Positions 45,998-51,872 of a DNA stretch of 64,000 nt are shown here, one piece after another (within the stretch, counting starts at the first letter, position 1; every line of letters begins with the position of its first letter). The notes under the pieces are model-generated. The model saw only the letters and a list, made by a program, of their open reading frames with translations, searched no databases and was not told the origin of the DNA. Made by a program: the position numbers and the translations under genes. This DNA is from Patescibacteria group bacterium (lineage in GTDB: Bacteria > Patescibacteriota > Microgenomatia > UBA1406): positions 133,177 to 197,176 of the forward strand of contig JBAYJK010000003.1 in assembly GCA_041665145.1 (NCBI GenBank), read 5' to 3'.

Positions 45998-46012
45998 CCT
46001 GACTATGTCAGG
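45998..46012 (-). repeat. GC-rich triloop hairpin CCTGAC-ATA-GTCAGG (hairpin family member)
   Basis: Perfect 6-bp inverted repeat read directly. Related to the hairpins at 46041-46057 and 46065-46081. Confidence 0.7.
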
Positions 46013-46030
46013 GGAATCTGCTGTTACTTT

Positions 46031-46093
46031 GTGGGTCCAGCCCCGATTATATCGGGACAACCAACCCCGACTACGTCGGGACTGCTCTGCTGA
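46031..46093 (-). pseudogene. 3' half of a tRNA-shaped pseudogene (D-stem 3' strand, hairpin, variable region, hairpin, acceptor 3' strand)
   Basis: Minus strand: CAGCAGAGCAG-TCCCGACGTAGTCGGGG-TTGGTTG-TCCCGATATAATCGGGG-CTGGACCCAC. Flanking segments match tRNA-Lys, but the anticodon and T arms are replaced by triloop hairpins. Confidence 0.7.
46058..46090 (-). repeat. 33-bp direct repeat, copy 1
   Basis: caaccaaccccgactacgtcgggactgctctgc is identical to 46422-46454. I checked it base by base. Confidence 0.95.
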
Positions 46094-46103
46094 TTAATTT
46101 AGG

Positions 46104-46176
46104 TGGGTCCAGCGGGACTTGAACCCGCAACCAACTCCTTAAGAGGGAGCTGCTCTACCAATTGAGCTATAGACCC
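46104..46176 (-). tRNA. tRNA-Lys (anticodon CTT)
   Basis: Hand-folded cloverleaf: acceptor GGGTCTA/TGGACCC, D arm GCTC-AATTGGTA-GAGC, anticodon arm GCTCC-CTCTTAA-GGAGT, T arm GCGGG-TTCAAGT-CCCGC, discriminator A. CCA is not encoded (ACCT). Confidence 0.93.
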
Positions 46177-46409
46177 ATTATGCCTTTTAAGTAGACCTTA
46201 TTCTTCAACCCCTTCAAGTATCGCTCTCTCTTTACTGCCTCACCTCTCGTAAGAAAGTCCTCTGTATAGACAAGAACCCACGGCTTTCTAGTACTTGTAT
46301 ACTTATGCCTGCAACAATTATGCTCGACCAATCTTCTGTCTACATCATTAGTCGACCCAATATAAAATGACTTATCTTTTTCGCTCTGCAAAACATATAT
46401 ATGAAACAT
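46167..46409 (-). CDS. GIY-YIG nuclease family mini-protein (YhbQ/UPF0213-like, 80 aa)
   Basis: MFHIYVLQSEKDKSFYIGSTNDVDRRLVEHN..RE.. carries the GIY-YIG motifs. Its TAG stop (46167-46169) lies at tRNA-Lys positions 8-10. Start trimmed to ATG 46409. Confidence 0.85.
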   Translation of the reverse strand: MFHIYVLQSEKDKSFYIGSTNDVDRRLVEHNCCRHKYTSTRKPWVLVYTEDFLTRGEAVKRERYLKGLKNKVYLKGIMGL

Positions 46410-46418
46410 ATACAGTGT

Positions 46419-46472
46419 CCGCAACCAACCCCGACTACGTCGGGACTGCTCTGCCAATTGAGCTATAGACCC
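46419..46472 (-). pseudogene. 5' half of the tRNA-shaped pseudogene (acceptor 5' strand, D arm, hairpin, variable region, T-stem 5' strand)
   Basis: Minus strand: GGGTCTATAGCTCAATTGGCAGAGCAG-TCCCGACGTAGTCGGGG-TTGGTTGCGG. Positions 1-27 differ from tRNA-Lys by one base. Confidence 0.75.
46422..46454 (-). repeat. 33-bp direct repeat, copy 2
   Basis: Identical to 46058-46090. Together the two copies bracket 331 bp holding the GIY-YIG ORF and tRNA-Lys. Confidence 0.95.
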
Positions 46473-46487
46473 GAAAATACAAGGAAA

Positions 46488-46496
46488 ATTATAGCA
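46488..46496 (-). promoter_or_regulatory. Extended -10 box TGCTATAAT upstream of the tRNA fragment / GIY-YIG / tRNA-Lys unit
   Basis: The minus-strand TGCTATAAT ends 15 nt before the first G of the 5' tRNA fragment. Confidence 0.5.
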
Positions 46497-46508
46497 TAAA
46501 ATGCGCTT

Positions 46509-46664
46509 TCAGGTCGTGATAGTTAACCATACCGACCCAAGAATAACAACGAATATGGTCGCAAAAGGAATCCTGTATAAGACCATCTCAAACAAAAGCA
46601 TTACACACAACGTGTTTACCGCAAAGAAAAAATACGCAATTTTTTTTATTATTTCTGGTGACAT
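46509..46664 (-). CDS. Possible small membrane protein (51 aa)
   Basis: MSPEIIKKIAYFFFAVNTLCVMLLFEMVLYRIPFATIFVVILGSVWLTITT has two hydrophobic helices. AGGAAG lies 8 nt upstream of the ATG. It sits 60 nt downstream of the DUF2294 gene. Confidence 0.3.
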   Translation of the reverse strand: MSPEIIKKIAYFFFAVNTLCVMLLFEMVLYRIPFATIFVVILGSVWLTITT

Positions 46665-46724
46665 ACGACGAGCTTCCTGATTAGCTATCGGAATACTCGA
46701 CGACCAGAATAATACCCTGTTCGT

Positions 46725-47096
46725 TTAGTCTGCCGCTTCGAATTTTCTATCTAATATAAAAACCTCCAATCGCTCTCCACTTCGGGTGCTAATGTCGCTG
46801 TGGGAGCCGACCACTTTATAACCGAGGATTTTCGCGATTTCCGGACCCAATTCCTTTGTCGTTACTTCGTGTAACTGTTTTCTGAGATCTTTAACTATTC
46901 TATAACCGTGTTCCGCCTTTAAAAGCATTTCTTCCATCGGCATCAAACGCCCTTTCAGTCTCACGATCACCATATCGTCTACTATGTAAACGCGGGTTTC
47001 TCTCGGCCCAAAGCCAATATTTTTGGAGTAAAACGCAGCGACAATTTTGGAAACCGCATCTTCGTATTGACGTTTAGTTCTCGGTGTGACTGTCAT
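46725..47096 (-). CDS. DUF2294 family protein
   Basis: ..GFGPRETRVYIVDDMVIVRLKG.L.P.E..L.......V...R..L.......E..K..G.KVVGSHSDISTRSGERLEVFILD matches my recollection of DUF2294. Confidence 0.65.
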   Translation of the reverse strand: MTVTPRTKRQYEDAVSKIVAAFYSKNIGFGPRETRVYIVDDMVIVRLKGRLMPMEEMLLKAEHGYRIVKDLRKQLHEVTTKELGPEIAKILGYKVVGSHSDISTRSGERLEVFILDRKFEAAD

Positions 47097-47106
47097 AGAA
47101 GGGTAA

Positions 47107-47136
47107 ATTATACCTGAGCCGATGTGATACTGTCAA
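47107..47136 (-). promoter_or_regulatory. Consensus promoter TTGACA-18 nt-TATAAT, with the -10 box 10 nt upstream of ATG 47096
   Basis: Minus strand: TTGACA (47131-47136) and TATAAT (47107-47112), read directly. Confidence 0.55.
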
Positions 47137-47154
47137 CGCTTTTGAACTTCCTGC

Positions 47155-47185
47155 AAGGGTTAAACCCTTTAAGGGTTTAACCCTT
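47155..47185. repeat. Perfect 31-nt palindrome AAGGGTTAAACCCTT-T-AAGGGTTTAACCCTT
   Basis: Read directly. A half-unit, AAGGGTTAAACCCTT, recurs at 51959-51973 next to tRNA-His. Confidence 0.9.
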
Positions 47186-47194
47186 AAAGAAGTC

Positions 47195-47212
47195 TGGTGC
47201 CGGAGGGAATTG
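47195..47212 (-). pseudogene. Orphan tRNA 3' fragment (T loop/stem plus acceptor) ending in CCA
   Basis: The minus-strand CAATTCCCTCCGGCACCA matches the tRNA-Arg(TCG) T-arm/acceptor CAATTCCCTCCGGAAGCA, except in the acceptor. It lies 85 nt downstream of the intact gene. Confidence 0.65.
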
Positions 47213-47257
47213 TTCCGATGCTGTTTTCGAGAAACGAGTAATTACAGCATCGTGAAT

Positions 47258-47273
47258 CCTCGACGCAGTCGGG
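47258..47273 (-). repeat. Hairpin family member (CCCGAC-TGC-GTCGAG, one G-T pair)
   Basis: Plus strand: cctcgacgcagtcggg. Same CCCGAC/GTCGGG core as the hairpins in the tRNA-Lys locus. Confidence 0.55.
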
Positions 47274-47296
47274 AAACCCTTTATATATAGGTTCTG

Positions 47297-47368
47297 TGCT
47301 TCCGGAGGGAATTGAACCCTCATCACTGGTTCCGAAGACCAGTACTCTATCCATTGAGCTACAGAAGC
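47297..47368 (-). tRNA. tRNA-Arg (anticodon TCG)
   Basis: Hand-folded: acceptor GCTTCTG/CGGAAGC, D arm GCTC-AATGGATA-GAGT, anticodon arm CTGGT-CTTCGGA-ACCAG, T arm GAGGG-TTCAATT-CCCTC, discriminator A. No CCA encoded. Confidence 0.9.
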
Positions 47369-47384
47369 AGTCGACTACCCTATA

Positions 47385-47393
47385 TGGTAAAAT
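47385..47393 (+). promoter_or_regulatory. Extended -10 box TGGTAAAAT, 8 nt upstream of the tgt ATG at 47402
   Basis: TGGTAAAAT-tataacac-ATG, read directly. Confidence 0.45.
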
Positions 47394-47400
47394 TATAACA
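47392..47400 (-). promoter_or_regulatory. Extended -10 box TGTTATAAT for tRNA-Arg(TCG)
   Basis: The minus-strand TGTTATAAT lies 23 nt upstream of tRNA position +1 and overlaps the tgt -10 box by 2 nt on the opposite strand. Confidence 0.45.
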
Positions 47401-47401
47401 C

Positions 47402-48574
47402 ATGAAGTCCTTCACTTTCGAAATAAAACAGCGCTCCCCGGTAAGTAAAACCCGACTTGGCACTATCCATACACCCCATGGTGATATTGAAACTCCAGCG
47501 TTTGTTCCCGTCGGCACGAAGGCCACGGTTAAAAGCCTTATTCCCTCGGAAATTTCAAACTTAGGATATAACCTGCACTTTGTTAACACGTACCATATGC
47601 TTGTTCATCCGGGTCCTGAAGTTGTCAAAAAAGCTGGTGGTCTCCATAAATTTATGAATTGGGACAATTGTTTGATAACAGACAGTGGCGGCTTTCAAGT
47701 ATTCTCCCTCGCTTCTGTTATATTAAAGAAAAATGAGCATGGAGTTTTGTTCCGGGATCATTATTCGGGACAAACCATAGATTTAACACCCCGGTTCTCT
47801 ATTGAGACCCAAAGGTCACTTGGAGCGGACATCATCTTGCCGCTTGACGATTGCACTCCCTACCCTGTTACGGAAAAGAAAGCGCAAAAATCTCTTGCAT
47901 TAACTCAAAACTGGTTTCTTCAATCATACGAAACGTATAAACAAACCACTTCCGTGACTAAAAAACACCAGGCGTTGTACAAGATTATTCAAGGCAGCCT
48001 ATTTGAGAATTTAAGAAAAGAGTCCATCAAATTTTATCGTGATAATAACATCGAAACGGATGGCTGGGCTATTGGTGGTGTTTCTGTTGGAGAATCTAAA
48101 CCGGATATTTATGATATCACTAATGTGTGCATGGATCTTATCACGGGAGATAATCAGCCGGTACATCTCTTGGGAGTTGGAGAAGTCGATGACGTTTTTG
48201 ACATTCTTCATGCCGGTATCGACACCTTTGACTGCGTGCAACCGACACGCCTTGCCCGCATGGGTATGGCGTATAACTTTTCTATACCCAAATACTCCTT
48301 TTCAATAGAGGAAATGAAATACAAAGAAGACTTTAACCCTCTTGATTCACAATGCGGTTGCTATACCTGCACACACCATTCACGGTCGTATATTCATCAC
48401 TTGTTTAAAATGAAAGAACTTACCGGTTACCGCCTGATAACTATTCATAACCTCTTCATGATGCAAAAGCTTGTGCAAAGTATTAGAATAGCTGTTATTA
48501 ACAATACGTGGGAAGCAATTTACCATCAGTTCAAGCATGACGAGTTTACCGACCTTCACAAAATCTTTAATTGA
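47402..48574 (+). CDS. tgt: tRNA-guanine transglycosylase (queuine tRNA-ribosyltransferase)
   Basis: RLGTIHTPHGDIETPAFVPVGTKATVK, DSGGFQVFSL, LLGVGEVDD, FDCVQPTRLARMG and the Zn site CGCYTC..H. Confidence 0.93.
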   Translation: MKSFTFEIKQRSPVSKTRLGTIHTPHGDIETPAFVPVGTKATVKSLIPSEISNLGYNLHFVNTYHMLVHPGPEVVKKAGGLHKFMNWDNCLITDSGGFQVFSLASVILKKNEHGVLFRDHYSGQTIDLTPRFSIETQRSLGADIILPLDDCTPYPVTEKKAQKSLALTQNWFLQSYETYKQTTSVTKKHQALYKIIQGSLFENLRKESIKFYRDNNIETDGWAIGGVSVGESKPDIYDITNVCMDLITGDNQPVHLLGVGEVDDVFDILHAGIDTFDCVQPTRLARMGMAYNFSIPKYSFSIEEMKYKEDFNPLDSQCGCYTCTHHSRSYIHHLFKMKELTGYRLITIHNLFMMQKLVQSIRIAVINNTWEAIYHQFKHDEFTDLHKIFN

Positions 48575-50120
48575 GGCAATTACCGGAATAACGGAGAAAA
48601 AAACTGCGGACGACCTCGAAGCGGTAGACGTTTCAAAAACCGTTTCGTTTTTTGCGCTCATCTATGAGAAGATCCGTAATGTCATAGAATTCAAGGACGA
48701 GCATATCGTGCGCAGAAATGCGATAAACCGCATCGTAAACCGTCGACTGGTGTTCAACCCTAATCTGACTGACGAAGGCCTGTCTATAGCCAAAGAAATT
48801 GCGTGGGCCGGGTACTACAAGGGCGACAAGATTCCTGAAACAAAAATCACACAACTTGAGAATGCCGTGTCGTGGTATACCAGTCTCCGCCAGAATCTCG
48901 TCCGAGGGGAATCAGGCGCCAACGCCAAGTATTACGCAGGTTTTATCCGTGACCTTTTGGTTTGCCAAATTGAGGAAATATTCGCGGAGAAAGAGTTTCA
49001 GCTTATACGGACATTTCTTTTTTACTTCTACCAGGTTCTAAACCCGAATATTATTATTCAGGGTGAAGAAAAAAATAACAAAGATCTTACCTTTTATGTT
49101 GCGTGTGAACAGGTTTTTCTCAAAAGCGATAAGCCCTACCTGCGTTTTCATCTGTTCAAACTACTTTTTGAAGATTACCTGAAAGTGAAAGAAAAGGATA
49201 TGGTTACCAAACTCCCTGATTTCAAAAAAGCGTTCAAGTATATCGACAAACAAATCGATCGGCCTATTAACAGGAAAATATTCAGGTATCTCCGAAACCA
49301 ACGACCCGCATACCTTGTTCTTAAAGAGTTGGTATTGACTCATGCACACGAGTTGTCAACACTGTTCGACGATGAAGAAAAATTGAATGCAACAATCGAT
49401 GCTTTGTGTCGTGAAAAATACGAAGCTTCCCGTGAAAAACTTAAGCGTGCGGGAGTCAGAAGTTTTCTATACATTCTGTGCACGAAAATGATTTTTGTCA
49501 TCGTTCTTGAGTATCCGATTATGGTTGCCGCGGGTGGACTTAACCTGGTTGCTCTCGGAATTAATGCGGCACTTCCGCCGGTGCTTATGGCACTTTTTGT
49601 CTTATTGGTCTCTTTACCCAATGAAGAAAATACAAAAAAAATTATTGAGCGAATCGGTCAAGTGGTATATGGCCGGGAAATAGTCGACGTTACGTTCAAA
49701 GTAAGCCGATACCGCCCTCGAAGCTTCTTCTCAACGGCAGCATTCTGGACATTCTATCTTCTGACATTTGCAGTAACGTACTTGGGAATTGACCTGATTC
49801 TCGATGTATTTGAATTTGAGTGGTTCAGTAAGATCGTATTTTTCTTCTTCATCACTGCCGTATCTTTTTTCGGTTACCGCGTGAGACAGATGGCCATGGA
49901 ATACACGATAAAAGAAAAAGAAAGCATTCTTACCCCTGTTGTGGACTTCTTTATGATCCCTCTTATCTCTGTTGGAAAATGGCTTTCCAGTGAAATTTCG
50001 AGAATCAATGTTCTTATTTTTGTATTCGACTTCATAATAGAAGCCCCCTTCAAGGTGCTCTTCGAGGTAATCGAGGAATGGATTCACTTCGTCAATCGAC
50101 GAAAAGAGGATATTGTGTAG
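48537..50120 (+). CDS. Hypothetical large membrane protein (helical N-terminal ~300 aa plus 4-6 TM C-terminal half)
   Basis: 527-aa ORF with no catalytic motif recognised. Overlaps the tgt 3' end by 38 nt, so the start is uncertain. Confidence 0.55.
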   Translation: MTSLPTFTKSLIEAITGITEKKTADDLEAVDVSKTVSFFALIYEKIRNVIEFKDEHIVRRNAINRIVNRRLVFNPNLTDEGLSIAKEIAWAGYYKGDKIPETKITQLENAVSWYTSLRQNLVRGESGANAKYYAGFIRDLLVCQIEEIFAEKEFQLIRTFLFYFYQVLNPNIIIQGEEKNNKDLTFYVACEQVFLKSDKPYLRFHLFKLLFEDYLKVKEKDMVTKLPDFKKAFKYIDKQIDRPINRKIFRYLRNQRPAYLVLKELVLTHAHELSTLFDDEEKLNATIDALCREKYEASREKLKRAGVRSFLYILCTKMIFVIVLEYPIMVAAGGLNLVALGINAALPPVLMALFVLLVSLPNEENTKKIIERIGQVVYGREIVDVTFKVSRYRPRSFFSTAAFWTFYLLTFAVTYLGIDLILDVFEFEWFSKIVFFFFITAVSFFGYRVRQMAMEYTIKEKESILTPVVDFFMIPLISVGKWLSSEISRINVLIFVFDFIIEAPFKVLFEVIEEWIHFVNRRKEDIV

Positions 50121-50175
50121 CTCACCTTTCCTTAAATTTTGAATTTCAAATTTTGAATTTTGAATTTCTCGCGTG

Positions 50176-50249
50176 TGCCCCCGGACGGATTCGAACCGTC
50201 GACCTACTGCTTAGAAGGCAGTCGCTCTATCCAACTGAGCTACGGGAGC
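50176..50249 (-). tRNA. tRNA-Arg (anticodon TCT)
   Basis: Hand-folded: acceptor GCTCCCG/CGGGGGC, D arm GCTC-AGTTGGATA-GAGC, anticodon arm ACTGC-CTTCTAA-GCAGT, T arm GACGG-TTCGAAT-CCGTC, discriminator A. Confidence 0.92.
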
Positions 50250-50266
50250 ATTAACAATTACCGATT

Positions 50267-50275
50267 ATTATAACA
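50267..50275 (-). promoter_or_regulatory. Extended -10 box TGTTATAAT for tRNA-Arg(TCT)
   Basis: The minus-strand TGTTATAAT lies 17 nt upstream of tRNA position +1. Confidence 0.45.
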
Positions 50276-50280
50276 CGGCC

Positions 50281-50289
50281 TGCTATAAT
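50281..50289 (+). promoter_or_regulatory. Extended -10 box TGCTATAAT, 6 nt upstream of GTG 50296
   Basis: TGCTATAAT-tctact-GTG, read directly. Confidence 0.45.
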
Positions 50290-50295
50290 TCTACT

Positions 50296-51543
50296 GTGTT
50301 AAACTTTTTAAGAAAAGAGCTCGAGCATTACGGTAAAATGCCGAAGAATGCTCAACGCCTATTGCTTTCATATCTATTTAACGGTGCAGCGAATCCCCTA
50401 CTGTCAGTTTTTTTAAATGCGTACATCTGGCGAGTAGAACAAGATATTTTGCTTCTGGTGTACTATAACTTCAGCACGTTTATTGCCCTTATTATCGGCT
50501 TCTTTCTCAACGGATACTTTATCCGTAAGATAAAAGTGTCATACATGTATGCTATCGGCATAGTGCTTCTTGCAATCGGCTCCCTTTCCATTTTGTTTTT
50601 CACAGACATCAGTCCACTAACCATTACCATTTTCGGTTTCATTTCGGGATTAGGAAACGCATTTTATTGGGCAAACAGAAACTTTCTTTCACAGCTTGTG
50701 ACAAAAAGTGAATTTCGTAACTACTTTTCCGGGCTAGAAATGGCTCAGGATACTACCACGTATGTAATTGTACCTATCGTGCTTGGATGGTTTCTGGTTA
50801 CTGGAGAATTTTTGCACTTGTACTCGACGCAAAACGCATACGCAGTGGCGTCTATCGGAGCAATGATACTACTTGGCATCTCAGCAACAATTGTCTTAGT
50901 AGATACCTATCATCCTGTTGAAATTGAAAATATATTTTTAAAGAACGTAACTGACACCTGGATGGTGACACGCCTTATAACCTTCGGTGAGGGTTTGCTT
51001 AACGGAATTTCTTTCTTCCTGCCTACTGTATTAATACTGATGTTTGTTGGTAAAGAAAATGTACTTGGAACAGTAGATTCGGCACTTGCGTTTATAACAA
51101 TATTTATGAGTTATATTATTGGTCGTCATATTCGTATACAAGATCGGTATAAATTGATTATTATTTCTGCTGTGGTTACATTGCTGGGAGGAGCTTCTCT
51201 CTTATTTTTCTTTAATTCGATTGGAGTACTCGCCTATAATTTATTGAACGGTCTGGGAGTAACGTTTCTCTATTTGTCATCGAACCCAATGATCATGGAT
51301 ATAACCGACGACAGCCATAAAATTACCAACGGTAGTTTATATGCGTATGTTTTTGACCGTGAATTATTCCTGAATCTCGGAAGAATCACCGGTAGTTCCG
51401 TATTTCTGATACTGTTTGTATATCTTAATTTGACTGCAACACGAATAGCACCTGTTCTCATTGCTGGTGTAGAGCTTGTACTGGTTCTTGCTGGTTTACT
51501 GCTATTGAAACTTCACGCTAAGCGAGTTCCTGTGTTAAAATAG
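50296..51543 (+). CDS. MFS-type transporter (about 12 TM)
   Basis: 415 aa, uniformly hydrophobic with 12 predicted helices in a 6+6 arrangement. Start at GTG 50296 (leaderless geometry) or ATG 50338. Confidence 0.65.
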   Translation: MLNFLRKELEHYGKMPKNAQRLLLSYLFNGAANPLLSVFLNAYIWRVEQDILLLVYYNFSTFIALIIGFFLNGYFIRKIKVSYMYAIGIVLLAIGSLSILFFTDISPLTITIFGFISGLGNAFYWANRNFLSQLVTKSEFRNYFSGLEMAQDTTTYVIVPIVLGWFLVTGEFLHLYSTQNAYAVASIGAMILLGISATIVLVDTYHPVEIENIFLKNVTDTWMVTRLITFGEGLLNGISFFLPTVLILMFVGKENVLGTVDSALAFITIFMSYIIGRHIRIQDRYKLIIISAVVTLLGGASLLFFFNSIGVLAYNLLNGLGVTFLYLSSNPMIMDITDDSHKITNGSLYAYVFDRELFLNLGRITGSSVFLILFVYLNLTATRIAPVLIAGVELVLVLAGLLLLKLHAKRVPVLK

Positions 51544-51560
51544 AGACTGGTGTTTTTATA

Positions 51561-51623
51561 TTGGTGGCTCCCGCCCGCCACGCAAGACGAGCTTGCGAGG
51601 CTTTGCGGGCAGGGTAGCTCAAT
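51561..51623 (+). pseudogene. Displaced tRNA-His 5' fragment (G-1 to position 16) interrupted by a 44-nt GC-rich hairpin
   Basis: TTGGTGGCT (51561-51569), then the insert cccgcccgccacgcaagacgagcttgcgaggctttgcgggcagg (51570-51613), then GTAGCTCAAT (51614-51623). Both flanks are identical to 51871-51889 of the intact gene. Confidence 0.75.
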
Positions 51624-51626
51624 GAG

Positions 51627-51866
51627 ATGTTATACTTTACATACGTCTTAAAAAGCACTGTCGATAATAAGTTATATGTTGGGTGGACTAATAATCTTAG
51701 GCAAAGATTTGAAAGCCATAATAAAGGTTTGGTCGAAGCTACTAAGCATAGACGTCCGTTAACATTAATTTATTACGAGGCAGGAATAAGCAAAGAAAAA
51801 GCAATAAGTAGAGAGAAATACTTTAAAACAGGCTTTGGCAGACGTTTTTTGTTAAGCAGAATTTAA
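51627..51866 (+). CDS. GIY-YIG nuclease family mini-protein (YhbQ/UPF0213-like, 79 aa)
   Basis: MLYFTYVLKSTVDNKLYVGWTNNLRQRFESHN...REKYFK carries the GIY-YIG motifs. Its stop lies 6 nt before G-1 of tRNA-His. Confidence 0.85.
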   Translation: MLYFTYVLKSTVDNKLYVGWTNNLRQRFESHNKGLVEATKHRRPLTLIYYEAGISKEKAISREKYFKTGFGRRFLLSRI

Positions 51867-51872
51867 ATAATT

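Noticed and set aside
45885-46457. TTG-initiated extensions of the hypothetical gene (to 45914) and of the GIY-YIG ORF (to 46457).
   Set aside because: The extra codons would translate tRNA-fragment and hairpin DNA (for example MAEQSRRSRGWLRTLY from the D-arm/hairpin sequence). Canonical GIY-YIG proteins begin at the MFHIYVLQS-type motif.
46104-46472. Possibility that the GIY-YIG ORF is a homing endonuclease inside a group I intron of a split tRNA gene.
   Set aside because: The downstream tRNA-Lys is complete and uninterrupted, with the ORF lying 5' of it. I could not identify intron core helices. The upstream piece is a partial duplicate with a non-tRNA hairpin rather than a 5' exon ending in an anticodon loop.
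50130-50166. Short tandem repeat aaattttgaatttc / aaattttgaatt / ttgaatttc between the 527-aa ORF and tRNA-Arg(TCT), considered as a mini CRISPR array or microsatellite.
   Set aside because: It has only about three degenerate copies of an AT-rich 10-12-mer with no spacers and no hairpin potential. It is most likely simple low-complexity intergenic sequence.
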